NCBI GenBank assembly: GCA_030770535.1
Contig: JASVEC010000025.1
Coordinates: forward strand, 248,001-312,000
DNA from: Batkoa obscura
Lineage: Eukaryota
Direction: 5' to 3'
DNA length: 64,000 nucleotides
Below are positions 36,681 through 50,725 of the stretch, piece after piece. The first letter of the stretch is position 1. Each line of letters opens with the position of its first letter. A program made the translations under genes and the position numbers. The notes below the pieces were generated by a model. It was given only the letters and a program-made list of their open reading frames with translations. It searched no databases and was not told the DNA's origin.

Positions 36681-39600
36681 TTAGAGATTAACCAAAGCAG
36701 CACTAGGTTCCCCAGGTAAAGAAGTTTGAGCAGCATTAGGTAAATTTTCAAAGTAAGCAGCATCTGGATGATTAGGTAAAACAACAATTTGAAGTTCTTG
36801 ATAACCTAAATTTCTTTTAATATAACTTTCATTTCTCCTAATTGTATTTTCTTCATCAAAAGTTAAAGCTCTATTAAAAGCATTGGGACCATTAGCAACA
36901 ACTCTCTTTTTGATTTCATTAACGAAAGGCATCACTTTTTTATCTGCCATTAATTTAGCTTCAGTTAAAGCTTGTCTTAAAGCAACATCATCAAATGTTT
37001 TTGTTGATTCATTATAATATTGTTTTTGTATACCAATAACTTTTTCTTGCCAATCAGGGAAAGTAGAAGCAATATATAAAGTTAAAGATTTTGGTTTACT
37101 TGGATCAAAGGTAGAAGCTGCTTTTCCTTTCTTTCCTTTCTTTTGTGAAGTAATTTCTTGATCTCTTACTTTTTTAATTGTTTTGCGTAAATATTCAGCG
37201 GATTTTAAAACACTATCGTCAATAGGAGTACTGATTTGTGGCCATGAAGCAAGTTGAATAGATTCTTCTTTTTTAAGAATGGTACCCCACAAATGTTCAC
37301 AATAATGAGGAGCAAATGGAGCAATTAAAAGTGCTTGTACTTCAATAAATCGCATAACAAGATCATAATGCATACCTTCTTCAATTGAAGCTTCTCTATA
37401 AATATCTCTAGCAATTTGTAATTCATAGTAACCATTCTTCAAAGCTTCCCTAAATGACATACTTTCATAAGCAGCTTCAGTTAACTGAATTAATTGATTC
37501 ATTTCATTTTCAAATACAGTATCGTGGAATGAGTCCTTTGGTCCTTTTCTTAAACTTTCTGGTTTAGCCAATACTTCTTCAATCCATTCTAATAAAGTAT
37601 ATAAACGTAAAATAGCAGTATCAGCTGTCTTTTCATCAAAGTTGGCATCTTCAATTGAATCACCAGCATCAGCTAATGCAATACGTGTAGCATCAGCACC
37701 ATATTTACTTACAGAATCACTTACTGTCATGAAATTACCAGTACTTTTAGACATCTTATCCCCATTAAGGAGTAAATGACCATTAGCTCTAAAAGCTTGT
37801 GGCCATTTTTCTTCTTTAAACAAAGCAACATGATTATAAATACAGAAAGTTAAATGATTTGGAATAAGATCTTTTCCAGATACACGAAGATCAAGTGGAT
37901 AAAAATAATCTAAAGAAGATTTAAGAAGATCTAATTTTTCTATTGAAATAGAAGAAGATTGTGGTTTTGGTCCATCTAAGATAATATAATCCCAAACTTC
38001 ATCCGTCATTTGATTTACAGTAATTTGTAACTCATTTGGTTTAGAAGAATCTAAAGTATTACCTTGTAAATGATGAGCAATTGTATAATAAGCCATATAA
38101 ATAGTAGAATCGGATAAGGATTCAATTAAAAAGGATTCATCCCAAGGTACTTTAGATCCTAAACCGTAAGAACGAGCACAAGCCCATTGATTTAACCAGC
38201 TTAAAGTAGATTCAAAACTATGTCTTGCTTCTTCACCATGTGTATTTAATTGAGATAAACATTTTTTAGCTTGTTCTAACCATTTTTCTTCTCCATAATC
38301 TAAATACCATTGATCACAAAGTGCAACTACACAATCATCTCCAGAACGAGATACTACGTTTTTTTCTGGTTCACAATAATTAAATCCAAGTTTTTGTTCA
38401 ATTAATAATTGTTTGACTAATGGTTTAGCTTCTTGTACTGTTTTACCACTATATTCTCCAATAATCATAATACCATTATAAAATCCTTCTTTATAAGCAA
38501 TTTCTTTAGCTTTAGCTAAAGAATCACGATCCTTTTGAGATACAATTTTAAGTTCAGCACATACAGCAGGAGCAGTAAGATCACCATATTGTTCAGTTTT
38601 AATTACTGGAATTGGAGTAAAAGGCTCAATCCATTCTGTTTGAATTTTATAATAAGCTGCTTTTTTAATGAGATCTTGTACTGTAATATAATCATCTGGA
38701 GAATCACTTGGAACAGAAGTAACAATACCAGTACCTTTATTAGCTAATACATTTTCCATTGGAAGTACATAAACTTGTTCATGTTTTGATAAGGGTGCAT
38801 TAACTTTACATCCAACAAGATCACTACCAATAAAGCCTGCTAGTTTAGGGAATTCTCCTTTAACTTTAGTTAATCCTTGGAAGGCCATATTTCTAGCTGC
38901 ACGTTCAGTAATTATATAAACTTCATCATCTTTAAATTCATAAGCTCCATATTTAAGATTAACACCAACAAAGCAATTAGTTTGACCATACATGGTTTCT
39001 GGACGTAAAGTAGCTGCTACTAAAAATACTTTTTTACCAGCTAACTTTGGTTCAGCTTCAACTATTTTTTTACTAGCTTCGGTCCATTCAGTTACTTGAA
39101 TTTTAATAGCTGTATATTCCTGTGGTCCTACACCTTCACCAGAAGAACGATCGTGATCCATACAAGGTTGTCCGTCAAGTGGTGAAAAGATAGTGTATCT
39201 TTCACCAAATTTAATCTTTTCAATGGACTTTAATTTATTAAATTGCCAACGTGCAAAAGAATCATAAAATGGGTTAGCATCGGTGGTAACAAATGAACGA
39301 CGCCAGTCAACTCTACAACCTAAAGACTTAACATCTCCCTAAAAATAAGAAAACAATTAAAGAATATTATAATATTAAATAGTTATAGTTACAATAGCAT
39401 GTGGAGGAAAATAAGTTAACCAATGCATAGGATCAGCAAATTTGGCAATTTCTTGAGTAGGTACACCAAGGGATTGCATAATTTGAAATTGGTATGTAGC
39501 ACCAGTAGATTTAGCAGCTACTTTTCCAAGCTATTTTCGGTTAATTTATTTATTATCTTGTTAAATATCAATTCAATTACTTTTTTTGGACTATCTTTAG

Positions 39601-40128
39601 CTTCAGTGACTTCCAAGTTTTCTAAAGACTCTGTAACTAGGATCATTAATGGATATTACTAATAAAATAAAATAAAGTACTACCTTTTGGAAGTTCAAAA
39701 TTAGTACCAAACATTTCAATTTCTCTAGCTAATTTATCAGCACAAGCCTATTAAAAGATATTAGCTTTACTCTCTTAACTCTTATTTCCTATACTTACTT
39801 TAATTGGCATACCAGTACAATGTAAACCAAAAGGGAATAAACACTCTTTACCTTGAAGACGTTGATAACCCATAGCGAATTCCGCTTTAGTAAAAGTAAA
39901 AGCATGGCCCAAATGAAGACGACCATTCATATAAGGATAAGGGAAAGTAGCAAAAAACTTTTTTTTACCAGGTTTCACTTCAGCTTCAAATAATTTTTCT
40001 TTAGACCATCGAGATTGGGCTGGTTCCTCTAAGCTGCGAAGGAAATCGCGCTTACGAAACTGAAAGGGGGTTAGAAGGGTGGGAGATTAAAGGAATAAAG
40101 TTACCTCTTTTTGTACACTTGCTGCCAT
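36681..40128 (-). CDS. CDC60: Cytoplasmic leucyl-tRNA synthetase, multi-exon
   Basis: [14 protein letters not shown] (HIGH), [37 protein letters not shown]. Confidence 0.97.
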
Positions 40129-40356
40129 TGTTCGATTTTTTATAAACAAGGTTTTGATAGATTTTGATACTTTCCTTATATTTTTGAAATCAAAGGGATT
40201 GCTTAAAATGATTGGTTAATTGAGTAGAATTAAAAGATTAGTCATACTTATTTTTTATAATTAAAATAAATATTCGCAAAAAGCATAGGTAATCAATATT
40301 ATCTATATAATAATATTGAAGAAGATTTCGAACTTATAAAATCGAAAATTCTAAAT

Positions 40357-40800
40357 TTGTTAGAAGGTTATCTCGATCACGCTATAACTTGTGGAGTCAC
40401 ACCTAACGTATTGGATAAGGATATTATAAAATATAGTAATTTTGATCTCAGTATTATATCCATTGTTAATGAACAGACTTACCAAGATCATACCTTAAGA
40501 GTAGTTATTAGACAATGGCAAAATGACGAGGATAATAATGAACATATCCAAGAATTACATTTCAGATATTACACAGATCAAGTAAAACAAGCTTTAGCCA
40601 GAGAGAGTAGGGCCGAAAAATATAACTACTTTATAAGCGATGGTTTATTTTTAATATCGTAAAAAAAAACCTTTGAGAAGGATCAAGAAGAATGGTCTAA
40701 TTTCTGGGCAGCATGCCCTATAGTTTCAAACGTAGATAAACTACTTATTAGCTCTCCTGTAGATTTGGGTTTATTTGGTAGTGCTCTCAACTTCTTTTAA
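40357..40800 (+). pseudogene. Unidentified coding-like fragment with one in-frame stop
   Basis: No ATG start. The frame continues past TAA 40660-40662 for 45 codons (KKTFEKDQEEWSNFWAACP...) to TAA 40798-40800. Confidence 0.35.
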
Positions 40801-41426
40801 TTGGTCGACTCCCTCTTCCTATCCTACTATCTCAATTTACTCGCTCTATCTATCTTTTTAAGATCGAATAAACTACTTACAAATTTAAAAAAACGAAACA
40901 AATATTCATTAAGTAAGCTATAAGCTATAAGCTATTGATGTACTTATTTTTAATAAAATACTATATTATAATATAATGAATGACCATATTGTTTATTGTA
41001 TAGTATATTTCCATATTATTTTTGAAAAAAAAAACATGATTTCTGATTATAATGTTTTAAATTACTTTAAAAATAAAAATTATTGTAGATAAATAAATAA
41101 AGATGAGGATAAGGATAATATTAAAACTATAAATATGAGCCTTTTTATAAATTAAATAAGGCATTAAAGTGATTGATTTAATCCAAGGTAATAGTTTATT
41201 TATAAAAGAGAACTTTAAGAAGGCTATTTATTTTACCTGTTATGCTTTGCAAACCTAAATATATAATAAAAAATATTGAGCAAACCTAGTACAGTTTAAA
41301 GATAAATTAGTGATTAAAGTTTCTCTTTCTATATTACTGATTTGAGTTAATCGGATTATTCCTTAAATTTGTAAAAATGCTCTAATAATTTTTTTTACTT
41401 TATAATTAACTCCATTTATTGAAAGA

Positions 41427-42004
41427 CTACAAATGCTTTTCTAAAGTGGCATGGATATCATACATATTGCTAGAAAAGTCAGGATCTAAAAAAGTAATTA
41501 ATTCAAACCATTCAATTTAACTAAAAAACTATTTACCATTTAAGAAATCTTCAAAATCAATGGTTTCGTCTTTACCATCAAACACATCTAAAGCGATATT
41601 ACTGTATTTTGATAATGGATTATGATGTAACTAAAAAGCGCATTAATAATCCTCTTTATTTTAAATAATAGACTTACTTTTGATAATATATCTCTTTCCA
41701 TCAATGTACGTAATGGTGCGTGTAGCCCATAAACTTTACGGTGTAATTGGTTTCTCATATTCATTTCGGTTTCTCCCCACTAAATTTAAAAGGATAAGCA
41801 TTATTCTCCATTTCTATTTAAAGCAATCCTTACCTGAGCTAAACGTTGCTCCAATGGGTGATTAGATACCAATTCATTAGCAATGGAACGCATACCAAAT
41901 CGAAGGGTATCATGGACACCAAATTCATTACAAGTGGATGCAAGTGATTTTTCATTCATTATTAAGTCTTGTTGACTATCATGGTTTAAGCTTAATGTAT
42001 TCAT
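41427..42004 (-). CDS. UMP1: Proteasome maturation factor Ump1/POMP, 4 exons
   Basis: GVHDTLRFG, HPLEQRLAQ|W, VYGLHAPLRTLMERDII, LDVFDGKDETIDFEDFL. Confidence 0.92.
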
Positions 42005-42593
42005 TTTAGAAAATTAAAAGGTTAAAGTTACTGTTGCTAGGTTTTTACTTTGCTTGGATTTTGAACGTCATCAAGATTTTTTGCAGCTTAAGCTTATTGA
42101 AAATGTTTTGCAGCTTTTTTGGGTTGGATTTTTGACTGTGAAAGTTAGATTTGATTTTATAATATGACCATTAAATAGTGTTGTAGCATAATACGTTTGA
42201 TTTTATCATATTGAAAGGATTTTTTTGTATAAATTAGAATCTTATATTACATGGTACTGAAGTGTGATATCTGTCGAGGTTTTTAATTTAAAAAATAAAT
42301 AATAATTTCATTATAAAGATAAAAACAAAATACAGATCCATTTAATTAAAGCTCTTATTAAGGTTAATTTGCTGGTAAAGTCATTTTTTTAATTCGATAA
42401 GTTTTAATATATTGAAAATATAAATATCTTTTTATATCGTTTTATCCACTTTAAATATTTTAACTATAAATTGTTTTTAGACTATATTAAAATCACAACT
42501 GTTTTTTACCAAAAACTATTGCTATAATTTTGCAATAAATTTAGATTCGAAGTTGAAAATTCAAACTCAAATCTTTGATCCATTTAATAATCA

Positions 42594-44422
42594 ATGTTTT
42601 TTTCCGACGCTATCAATAAACCACATACTGGTAAAGTACCAGCCCCTTATCAAGCTGTTATATTTTCAGAAGATGAGTACAAGTAATTAAATCAAAGATC
42701 AATATATCTCTCATCCTCATTATCATAGATCCAAAATAAGTGCTCTTACAAGGGGTGTACCATCAACTTTATTACCAATAGCTAATCAGCCTGCTTTACA
42801 CTATATTTTAAACTGGTTGGAAAAGGGAAACATCAAAGGTTAGTCTAAAATTTCGAACTAATTTAGTTTAACATTATTTTGTTTACAATAGAGGTTATAC
42901 TCGTATTATCACCTAGTGCCAACTTACAAGCAGAAGCCCAATTGACCCATTATTTAACGAAAGTTTATCAGGGACCTGTAAAAGTAGAGTTATACCCAGT
43001 TGATGTCAGTGTTAAATCAGTCCAAGCATTGTCAATGTTAAAGCATAAGATCAATGTAAGTAAAATTATAAATAGTTTGTGCTATTTGTCTATTTATTCA
43101 TTATAAACTTAAATATCTTTTAGGGTAACTTTTTAGTGTTTGGGACTAGTTTTATTTGTGATGTACCATTGACCAATATTTTAAATGAACATTCTAAAAG
43201 ATTACCATTAATGACTTCGTATTTTTATGAAAATAGTAAGATCGAGTTAAGTAGTAGTGAGCATGGTAAATTATTTCAAAATTATTATTTCTGTCATTTA
43301 TCTATTTAGTTCATCCAAATATAATTGGTATTGAGCCAAACTTAGGACTTTGGGTATATAATAAGAAGCATAGCAGTGAGGATGATCTAACAATTAAGAT
43401 GTCCTTATTGAATAAGTAACATTATATACTACTTGTAAGAAATTACTAAATGAAATAGGTATCCAAGAGTTAATTTTTACAAAAATTTATACAACTCAGA
43501 TTTGTATATTTTCTCGCCTTGGATCTTAGATTTTATTTCGAATAATAATTCGCTAACTACTATCTGCGATGATTTGATACCATTATTAGTTAAATTACAA
43601 TCAAGAAACAATTTGAACGCATATGATGATTTGGTTGAATGTAAGTTTATAGCTTTAATTGTATTTATTTAGTAATGTTGTTTAGGTATTTCAAGCAAGC
43701 CACCATTATTAGACCCATTGGTCAATCAATACATCACTTCATCTGGAAAGAATAGTGAATACGTTGCACAAAGCGAAGATAAAATTAACTGTAATATTAT
43801 AACACAAAAAACGGGGATCCATGGCAAATTGGATACCATATCTTCTTATTTTGATTTAAATAGACAGGTAACTAAAAAGATGGTTTTTATAAACAGTTTC
43901 TTAACTCTTTTTTTAGTTTGCTAAGTCCTTATCTCCAGAAGAAAGAATACCATCATCTGTCGAAAAGGAAACTACTGCACAGGTAAACAAGAATAGTAAT
44001 GTTGATTTTATATATTAATTCAGATTTAGATTGGACCAGACTCTGTGGTAGGCACTGGAACTAAATTAAGTGAACGTACTTCAATTAAAAAATCCATTAT
44101 TGGCGCACATTGTACTATTGGGAAACAAGTTAAAATTGCTAATACCATTATTATGGATCATGTGGTGATAGAAGATAAGTAAGTATTATAAAATTTAAAT
44201 AATAGAGATATTTAGCTTTTAACATTTTATTAGTGTGAAATTAGAAAATTGTATTGTTTGCTCAAATGCGGTGATTATGGAAAAAGTTAATCTTAAAGAG
44301 TGTGAGGTGTCCGCAGCTATTAAAGTGGAGAAAAATGGTAAATTTATTTTAGTTTTTTTGATTATTCGTACGCTAATTTTGTTTGTTTAGTTGCTAAAAA
44401 GGGGGAAGCAATTATAGATTAA
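42594..44422 (+). CDS. GCD1: eIF2B gamma subunit (nucleotidyltransferase-like + left-handed beta helix), many exons
   Basis: YQAVI, LLPIANQPALHYILNWLEK; C-terminal IGPDSVVG...SIKKSIIGAHCTIGKQVKIANTIIMDHVVIED. Confidence 0.85.
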
Positions 44423-45531
44423 ATAAGCTAAAATATAGCTTTAATTTTTAATATTTGGTTTTGAAATTTTAATTTTAATTTTAATTTTAATTTAAACTAT
44501 GGACTTTATGCTATTCTTGGTTTTTATATTATAGAGTATTTTGAATTAAAATAAACTTTTTTCTAACTGTTTTAGAAACATGCTAATAGCGCCTCACAAA
44601 GAATGTAAAATGATGTTCTGGTTTTTGATCTTAAAAAGCGTATGTAGAAATATTTTTTATAAAAGTATGCTTATTTAAGAATTCATAATAGATTATTAAA
44701 TTTTGGACTGCTAATAGTGGGCAATTATTTAAATAAAAGTCATTTTCATTTTTTTATTTGAGTACATTAAAGGTAATATCAATAGTTAATTATAAAAATT
44801 GATATAGCTGTGATTTGAAAAGAGATAAAACTCAAGAGTCGCTTTTTGTTAATATCACTAACAGGTTGTGCATTTAATTGGTATAACTATTGTTTTTACA
44901 ATAACAATTAAAATTTGTTATCTTTAATACAAATGTTACTATTTAAAGCCTTTTTATGTTTATCCCATAAACATAAAAAGGCATGACTCTAATTTGTTTC
45001 ATATATTTATTGTTTATTAAAGATAGTTGCTAATTAATTTTACTAAATGTATAATTTTTAAAATATCAGATACAGCACCAAAAAACCCGTATAAATGTAG
45101 TAGTTTATAAATTTAAAAGTCTTAGAATAAATATTTGATTTAAACAAATCTTTCTAAATTCTGGGATATAGATTATAATAAAATAGAAATAGGCTTAGCG
45201 TGATTCCAGGATGATGTTGAAAAATCAAAACCAAATATTAAAGTCATTTTATAATTTAAGTATTTTTATTTACTTTAAATAGTCATATGTGTGTTAGATT
45301 CAATTGCTAACTATTGATACTGCTGTAATTCTATAATTATAAAAAGTCGAGGATTAATTTAAGATACTATAACAAAATTGAAATAATAATATTAAAATTA
45401 CTTTTTTAAAATAAAATATCCTTATACCTTTATAGAATACATTTTACTGATGTTTATTATTTAAAATTATGTAATTTATTAACTTTGTTTTTCATCTTTC
45501 GTCATACACATACCTCTCACAGCTTTAATAT

Positions 45532-45630
45532 GGGGATGTATTTTTTTGTTCAAGAATTTTACTAACAATCTTTCCGCTCAAATAGCGCTTAAAAAATAGA
45601 AAAAGTAATGAAACCAAAAAAAACACCCCC
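45532..45630 (+). mobile_element. 98-bp MITE family copy
   Basis: atat|ggggatgtatttttttg...aaaaaacaccccc|atat. Confidence 0.9.
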
Positions 45631-46404
45631 ATATACGACTTCTTAGGTACTGTATAAATATTATCATCTTCAAGCTCATGAAAATAACTGAAAATTTCGG
45701 TATTATGATAGTCGTTGTTATCATCTAAAGGATTAATTGGTTTGATAATAATAGGACCAGCAATCATGCTTGGAGGCCTATTATTTCTTATTTTGTATTT
45801 ATATATTAAAAATGCTATAATTGATGTCGCTACAATAGCTCCGTCAATTCCTTCAATCAATAAGCTGTTATTGGCATTATTATCTTTCCCTATTCCTTTT
45901 ATCTATTTACTTTCATTTACATTATGAAAAGTTAAATCCAATTCATATAATTTAGTGACATCACTGGGAAACGGTGACAATTCTTTTAATCTCTCAAAAA
46001 AATATAATTTCATTTTTAATAAATTGTAATTCTATATAGTAACTTTTGCCTAATTGATAAATTGTCTTCATCTCTCTGATTTAGATATTAAAGAGTACTA
46101 TTTCTGTTGGTATATTTGGTAAATATATAAATGACTTAACAAAATAAAACTTATTTAAACTACTCTCATCTTCCAAATGATCATAACTTTGATAACATTT
46201 TGTATCATTTTTCTTTAAAAAGGCATAAGTTGATTGATAAAGCTCTTTGATGAAATATCCATCACGCCATTCTTTATTTCCTATATCTAAAGTTCTAAAT
46301 GTCAACATTGTTTTAAATTCGTTGTTGTGGAAATCTATTAATGTTTTATTTCCAACATAAAAAGATTTAGCAGATGAATAAACACCTTTTACTGGGTTGT
46401 TCAC
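45631..46404 (-). pseudogene. Broken coding-like relic of a single-pass membrane protein, interrupted by a MITE
   Basis: Fragments 46081-46404 and 45631-45860 (TM-like GAIVATSIIAFLIY followed by KYKIR) separated by stops. Confidence 0.35.
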
Positions 46405-47009
46405 ATTTTACATGTCCCGCTCCGTAACATTGACAGATAATTTTATTCCTTTTTTAAATCTAATACAAACAATTGTTCTTTATTACCCCTTTTTCCTATA
46501 TATCTTACATTTTGAAATTTATCCACTAGTATAGATTATAGTTCTTGTTCTCATCTTGTATTAGAACTATCCGGGTTATTCATTTTGTTTTAATATGGTT
46601 AGGTTTAAAATTAAATCAGGTTGAGGTATAGGATTTTGGATGAATCTTTTTTTGAAATTTTTGATAAAAAATCGATTTTATGATGGAATAAAATCCGCTA
46701 ATAAATATTTGTAAAACTTAGCCTTAACCTAACCTTAGTATGACATAGCCTAACCCTAACATCAACACTAATTAATGTGTTTAAATAAAAAGTACCAAAG
46801 AACTTTAGGTTATGTGCCAAAAATTCGTTATTAGTTTTATTTTATGCTGCACAAGACAATTTTTAAGAATTCAATTTTTTTACAGTGCTATAATACCCTA
46901 GCCCACTGCTATAATACTATGATATTGTAAAATTTAATATTATAAATTTTAATTTTGGATTTATTTTAATATCAAAACGATTAATGTAAATTATAATAGA
47001 TAGATAAGT

Positions 47010-49307
47010 TTATTTATAGAAGCTTTCAAAAATGGTGAGAAACTCTTCTTTTACTGCTTTACGTTTGATTTTAAAGCTAAAACGATGTTAATTTAATATA
47101 TATATTATTATTATTATTATTATATAACTTACGTATCGTTTAAAAGCCCATTTTCTAAAGTAAATGGAATAGGGTGAAGATGAATATACTTAGGAATTTC
47201 AAAGCTAAAATAGTCAATATGAGACAATAAATACAGTATAATAACTACCTAGCAAAACCAGCCTTTTCACAATTACTTTTTATCTCTTCTAATAATAGAT
47301 CGTTTAATTTACTATTTTCGCATGCAGCTTGAAAAGCTAAATCGAAGTCATCTAGCTTTTGTTGAGCCCATTTCAAATAATTCTTTTCGTCTGGTATAAC
47401 TAATGCTACTATATAAGAATCGGTTGGTTGACAATATATAAAAGATTGGAAAATCAAAGGATTATAATTTATTGTCTTTTCTATTCTTTCAGGTGCAACA
47501 TGATAGCCTATAAGTTGTTATTAATCTCACTATCTATAATTTCAATATTAGTTACCGTCATTTAATTTAAGCATACTAGACTTTCTATCGATAATATGTA
47601 ATCTTCCTTTTTCATCTATCATACCAACATCTCCTGTTAGAAACCAACCGTCTCCAGTAAATGCTTCTTTTGTAGCGTTTTCATTTTTAAAATACCCTTT
47701 AAATATACTTGGACTTTTGACACAGATTTCACCACGAGGATATGGTCTATCGCTACTCAAATACCCCTTATCTGGTAAATCAATCAGTTTAACTTGTACG
47801 CTTTAAATTTTTATTAGTAAATAAGAATAGAGTTTATTGTAATTACTTGATTAAAGGTGCTCCTACACTTCCAGAGCCATCATCGTATGGGTCAGTCATT
47901 GAAATACCAAGAGCTTCGGTTGAACCATAGACTAAAATGATAAGTACCAATATTATGCCATTAAATTTTAATTACCATCTACAACGTTAGCTGACAATGC
48001 TACTCTTAATGTATCTAAAACTTCTGATGGAATAGGAGCTGATCCAACAATTAGTAAAGTGACTTTTCCACCTAAAGATTGACGGAATTTTTCAAAAAGA
48101 TGGTCATATTTATCTGATTTAACACCTTTTCCTGCTTTCATATCAATAATTTTTTGTTGGATAGCTTCTTTTAATAAAGTAGAGTTTGAGTCGGTTGAAT
48201 TACAAGCTGCTTCTATGGAACTATAAACTGACCATAATATCTTAGGTACTGTAGCTAATTTAGTAGGTTGGAGTTTTCGAATATCATCATTGAAATTTAA
48301 CACAGAGCCTGAATTGAACCCTGTCCTTCCATGACAAAAAATCAAACCTAATATACCTGCTCTTTCATAGGTATGTGCTAATGGCATATATGAATAGGAA
48401 GTAGGTGGATCTAAGTCTCTATATTCATCAGTTTTAACATAAGATGAGCCCAAAAAATTTGAGTGAGTACACATCACCCCCTTAGGTAACCCAGTGGTGC
48501 CAGAGGTGTAAGCTATAGTGTAAACAGAATCTGGTTTAGGAGGGTTAGGGGTAAAAAAGTTAGCTTTGCCTAAAGATTCCACCTCGTTGAATAAAGCTAA
48601 TTTGACATTCTTACTGCCAGTCCAATTTGTTAAAGTGCTTTTATCATCATTATTAGCAATTTCGTCAAAACAGATCAACAACTTAATCTGATGTAAATCG
48701 ATATTATTTTGTTGTAAAAACAATAATTTTTCACGATTTAGAATAAGAATCTCAATTTCAGAATGATTTAATATATATTCTAGCCTTTCTTTTCCGTAAG
48801 TATCATATATTCCAACTGTTGTATAGCCTCTAAAGCATATAGCTAATTCACTTATTACCCATTCGCTACGATTATTTGAATAAACTCCTACTGTTTTTAT
48901 TTCTTTGTTGAAATACAAATTTTTTTTTTGAACTAGAAGCTCTAATCCGCTTGAAAAATTGCTAACTCTCTTGAGTACCTCCTTATAACTTTGAAAATGA
49001 TAACCACCCAGTTTATTGTCCTGCTTTTCTCTAGTTCCAAGAAAATCATTATTTGGTACCTTTTGACATGCTATTTAATATCATTAATTGGCATTAGTAT
49101 AATATATTCATATACAATTTACTCTCTATAAACAACTCATAAATCGTCTTAGGATATGATTTGTCATTTGTTGGTTTATTAGAATTTACATTCATACAAA
49201 TCCCTAACTAAGAGTTAATATTTCATACAGATAGGATGTTTTATATTACCAGTCTGACCCGGTTTTTTGGTACCAGGCACTTCATGAGCAAAAAATTTGA
49301 TTGACAT
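47010..49307 (-). CDS. Long-chain fatty acyl-CoA synthetase (ACSL/Faa2-like), multi-exon
   Basis: YTSGTTGLPKG, YMPLAHTYER, YGSTEA, PRGEICVK, GWFLTGDVG, IIDRK. Confidence 0.93.
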
Positions 49308-50346
49308 TTATAAAACATATACCATCAACCTGATTGACTTCTTTTTATACTTTTTGAATGTTCTATGTATATTTTTACACCGATTATTTATCCTTCTTCA
49401 AACTTCCATTCCAAATCTCCAAATTGTTTATCAATTAATTCATTTGTTAGCATTTATTGAACGCATATGAAAATAAAGCAGGATTTTTATTACCTTAAGC
49501 CGACAACTCTTTCAGAAGTAATTGAGTTTATTTTTCGGTAAACGCATATAATCTTCAAATTTTTCCTACCTTTTGCTAACTAATTAGTATTCAGTTTTTC
49601 CACTTTAATGAATTCCATTTTTGGTATTATAAGTGTATTTATCCATAAAATAATAGTGCCACCGAAATGCTTATAGAAGATTTAAATTGAGGCGGTATTT
49701 CGTGAAATTTTGACCGCTAGGGCTAGAATAAATTAAAGCAATCATAGAAAAGAGTATAAAACAGTAGGTGATATTTTAAACGAAATGAGTGGAACATTTT
49801 TCAAAATATAAAATAAATTCCAACAAAGTAATTTAATCAAAATAGAATATCATAAAGCGTGACATTAGTTAATTTTATACATAGGGATGTCTGAATTGGC
49901 TTCATTTTTTATCTAATTTTTAAATTTTAGATTGCAAATTAACTAATCAATAAAACACTATTAAAAAAAGGCTATTTTTTTAATTATTTGCATTTTAAAA
50001 CTTTGTTTAAAATTTTTATAAAAATATTTTTTACTAAAAAGGAACACAATATAATTAATTTACTAAATTTAAATGAAAATATTTATTGCACGAAAATTGA
50101 GCAATTTAATTGTTAATAATTTAAATAATATTAATCCTTAATTTTATTATTTAATAAATTATTTGCTTGTTTAATAAACATTAAATATTAAATATTCCAA
50201 ATTTTTAACTATTTTTTTATTTTTTATAAACTTCATGCTTTTAATTAAAGTTTTTTCTATTTATTTATCAGATATTAAATAATAATATAATTTATTGTTT
50301 GTTTTATTTTTATTTTTTTATTTTTTTATTTTTTTATTTATTATAT

Positions 50347-50443
50347 AGGGATGTATTTTTTTATTTAAAAATTTTATTAAAATTTTTTTTTGCTTAAATG
50401 TGCTTAAAAATAAAAAAGTAATAAAACTATAAAAAAAATCTTT
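50347..50443 (+). mobile_element. Degenerate 98-bp MITE copy
   Basis: atat|agggatgtatttttttatttaaaaatttt...gcttaaaaa, strongly AT-eroded. Confidence 0.55.
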
Positions 50444-50725
50444 AGATTGTTATTTTTTAAATATAAAACATTAAACTTTAATATCAATATAGCTTGTTTA
50501 TTATTATAATTTAAATTTATTAAATCTGGCTATGTTCTTATTTTTATAGTCTATTTAAAATTTAAAATTATAATTTAATTCTTTTTATTGAATATTTTTT
50601 TATTTTTGTTTTATTTTTTTATTATCAGATAATATTATATAATGATATTCAAGTTAGTTTCAGAATTTATTTAAAAATTAATCTAAATTTTAAGTTTTTA
50701 GAGTTATAATTCTTTAATATATAGG

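Noticed and set aside
46725..46760. taacct/taaccc telomere-like motifs
   Set aside because: Only a few imperfect units; not a telomeric array.
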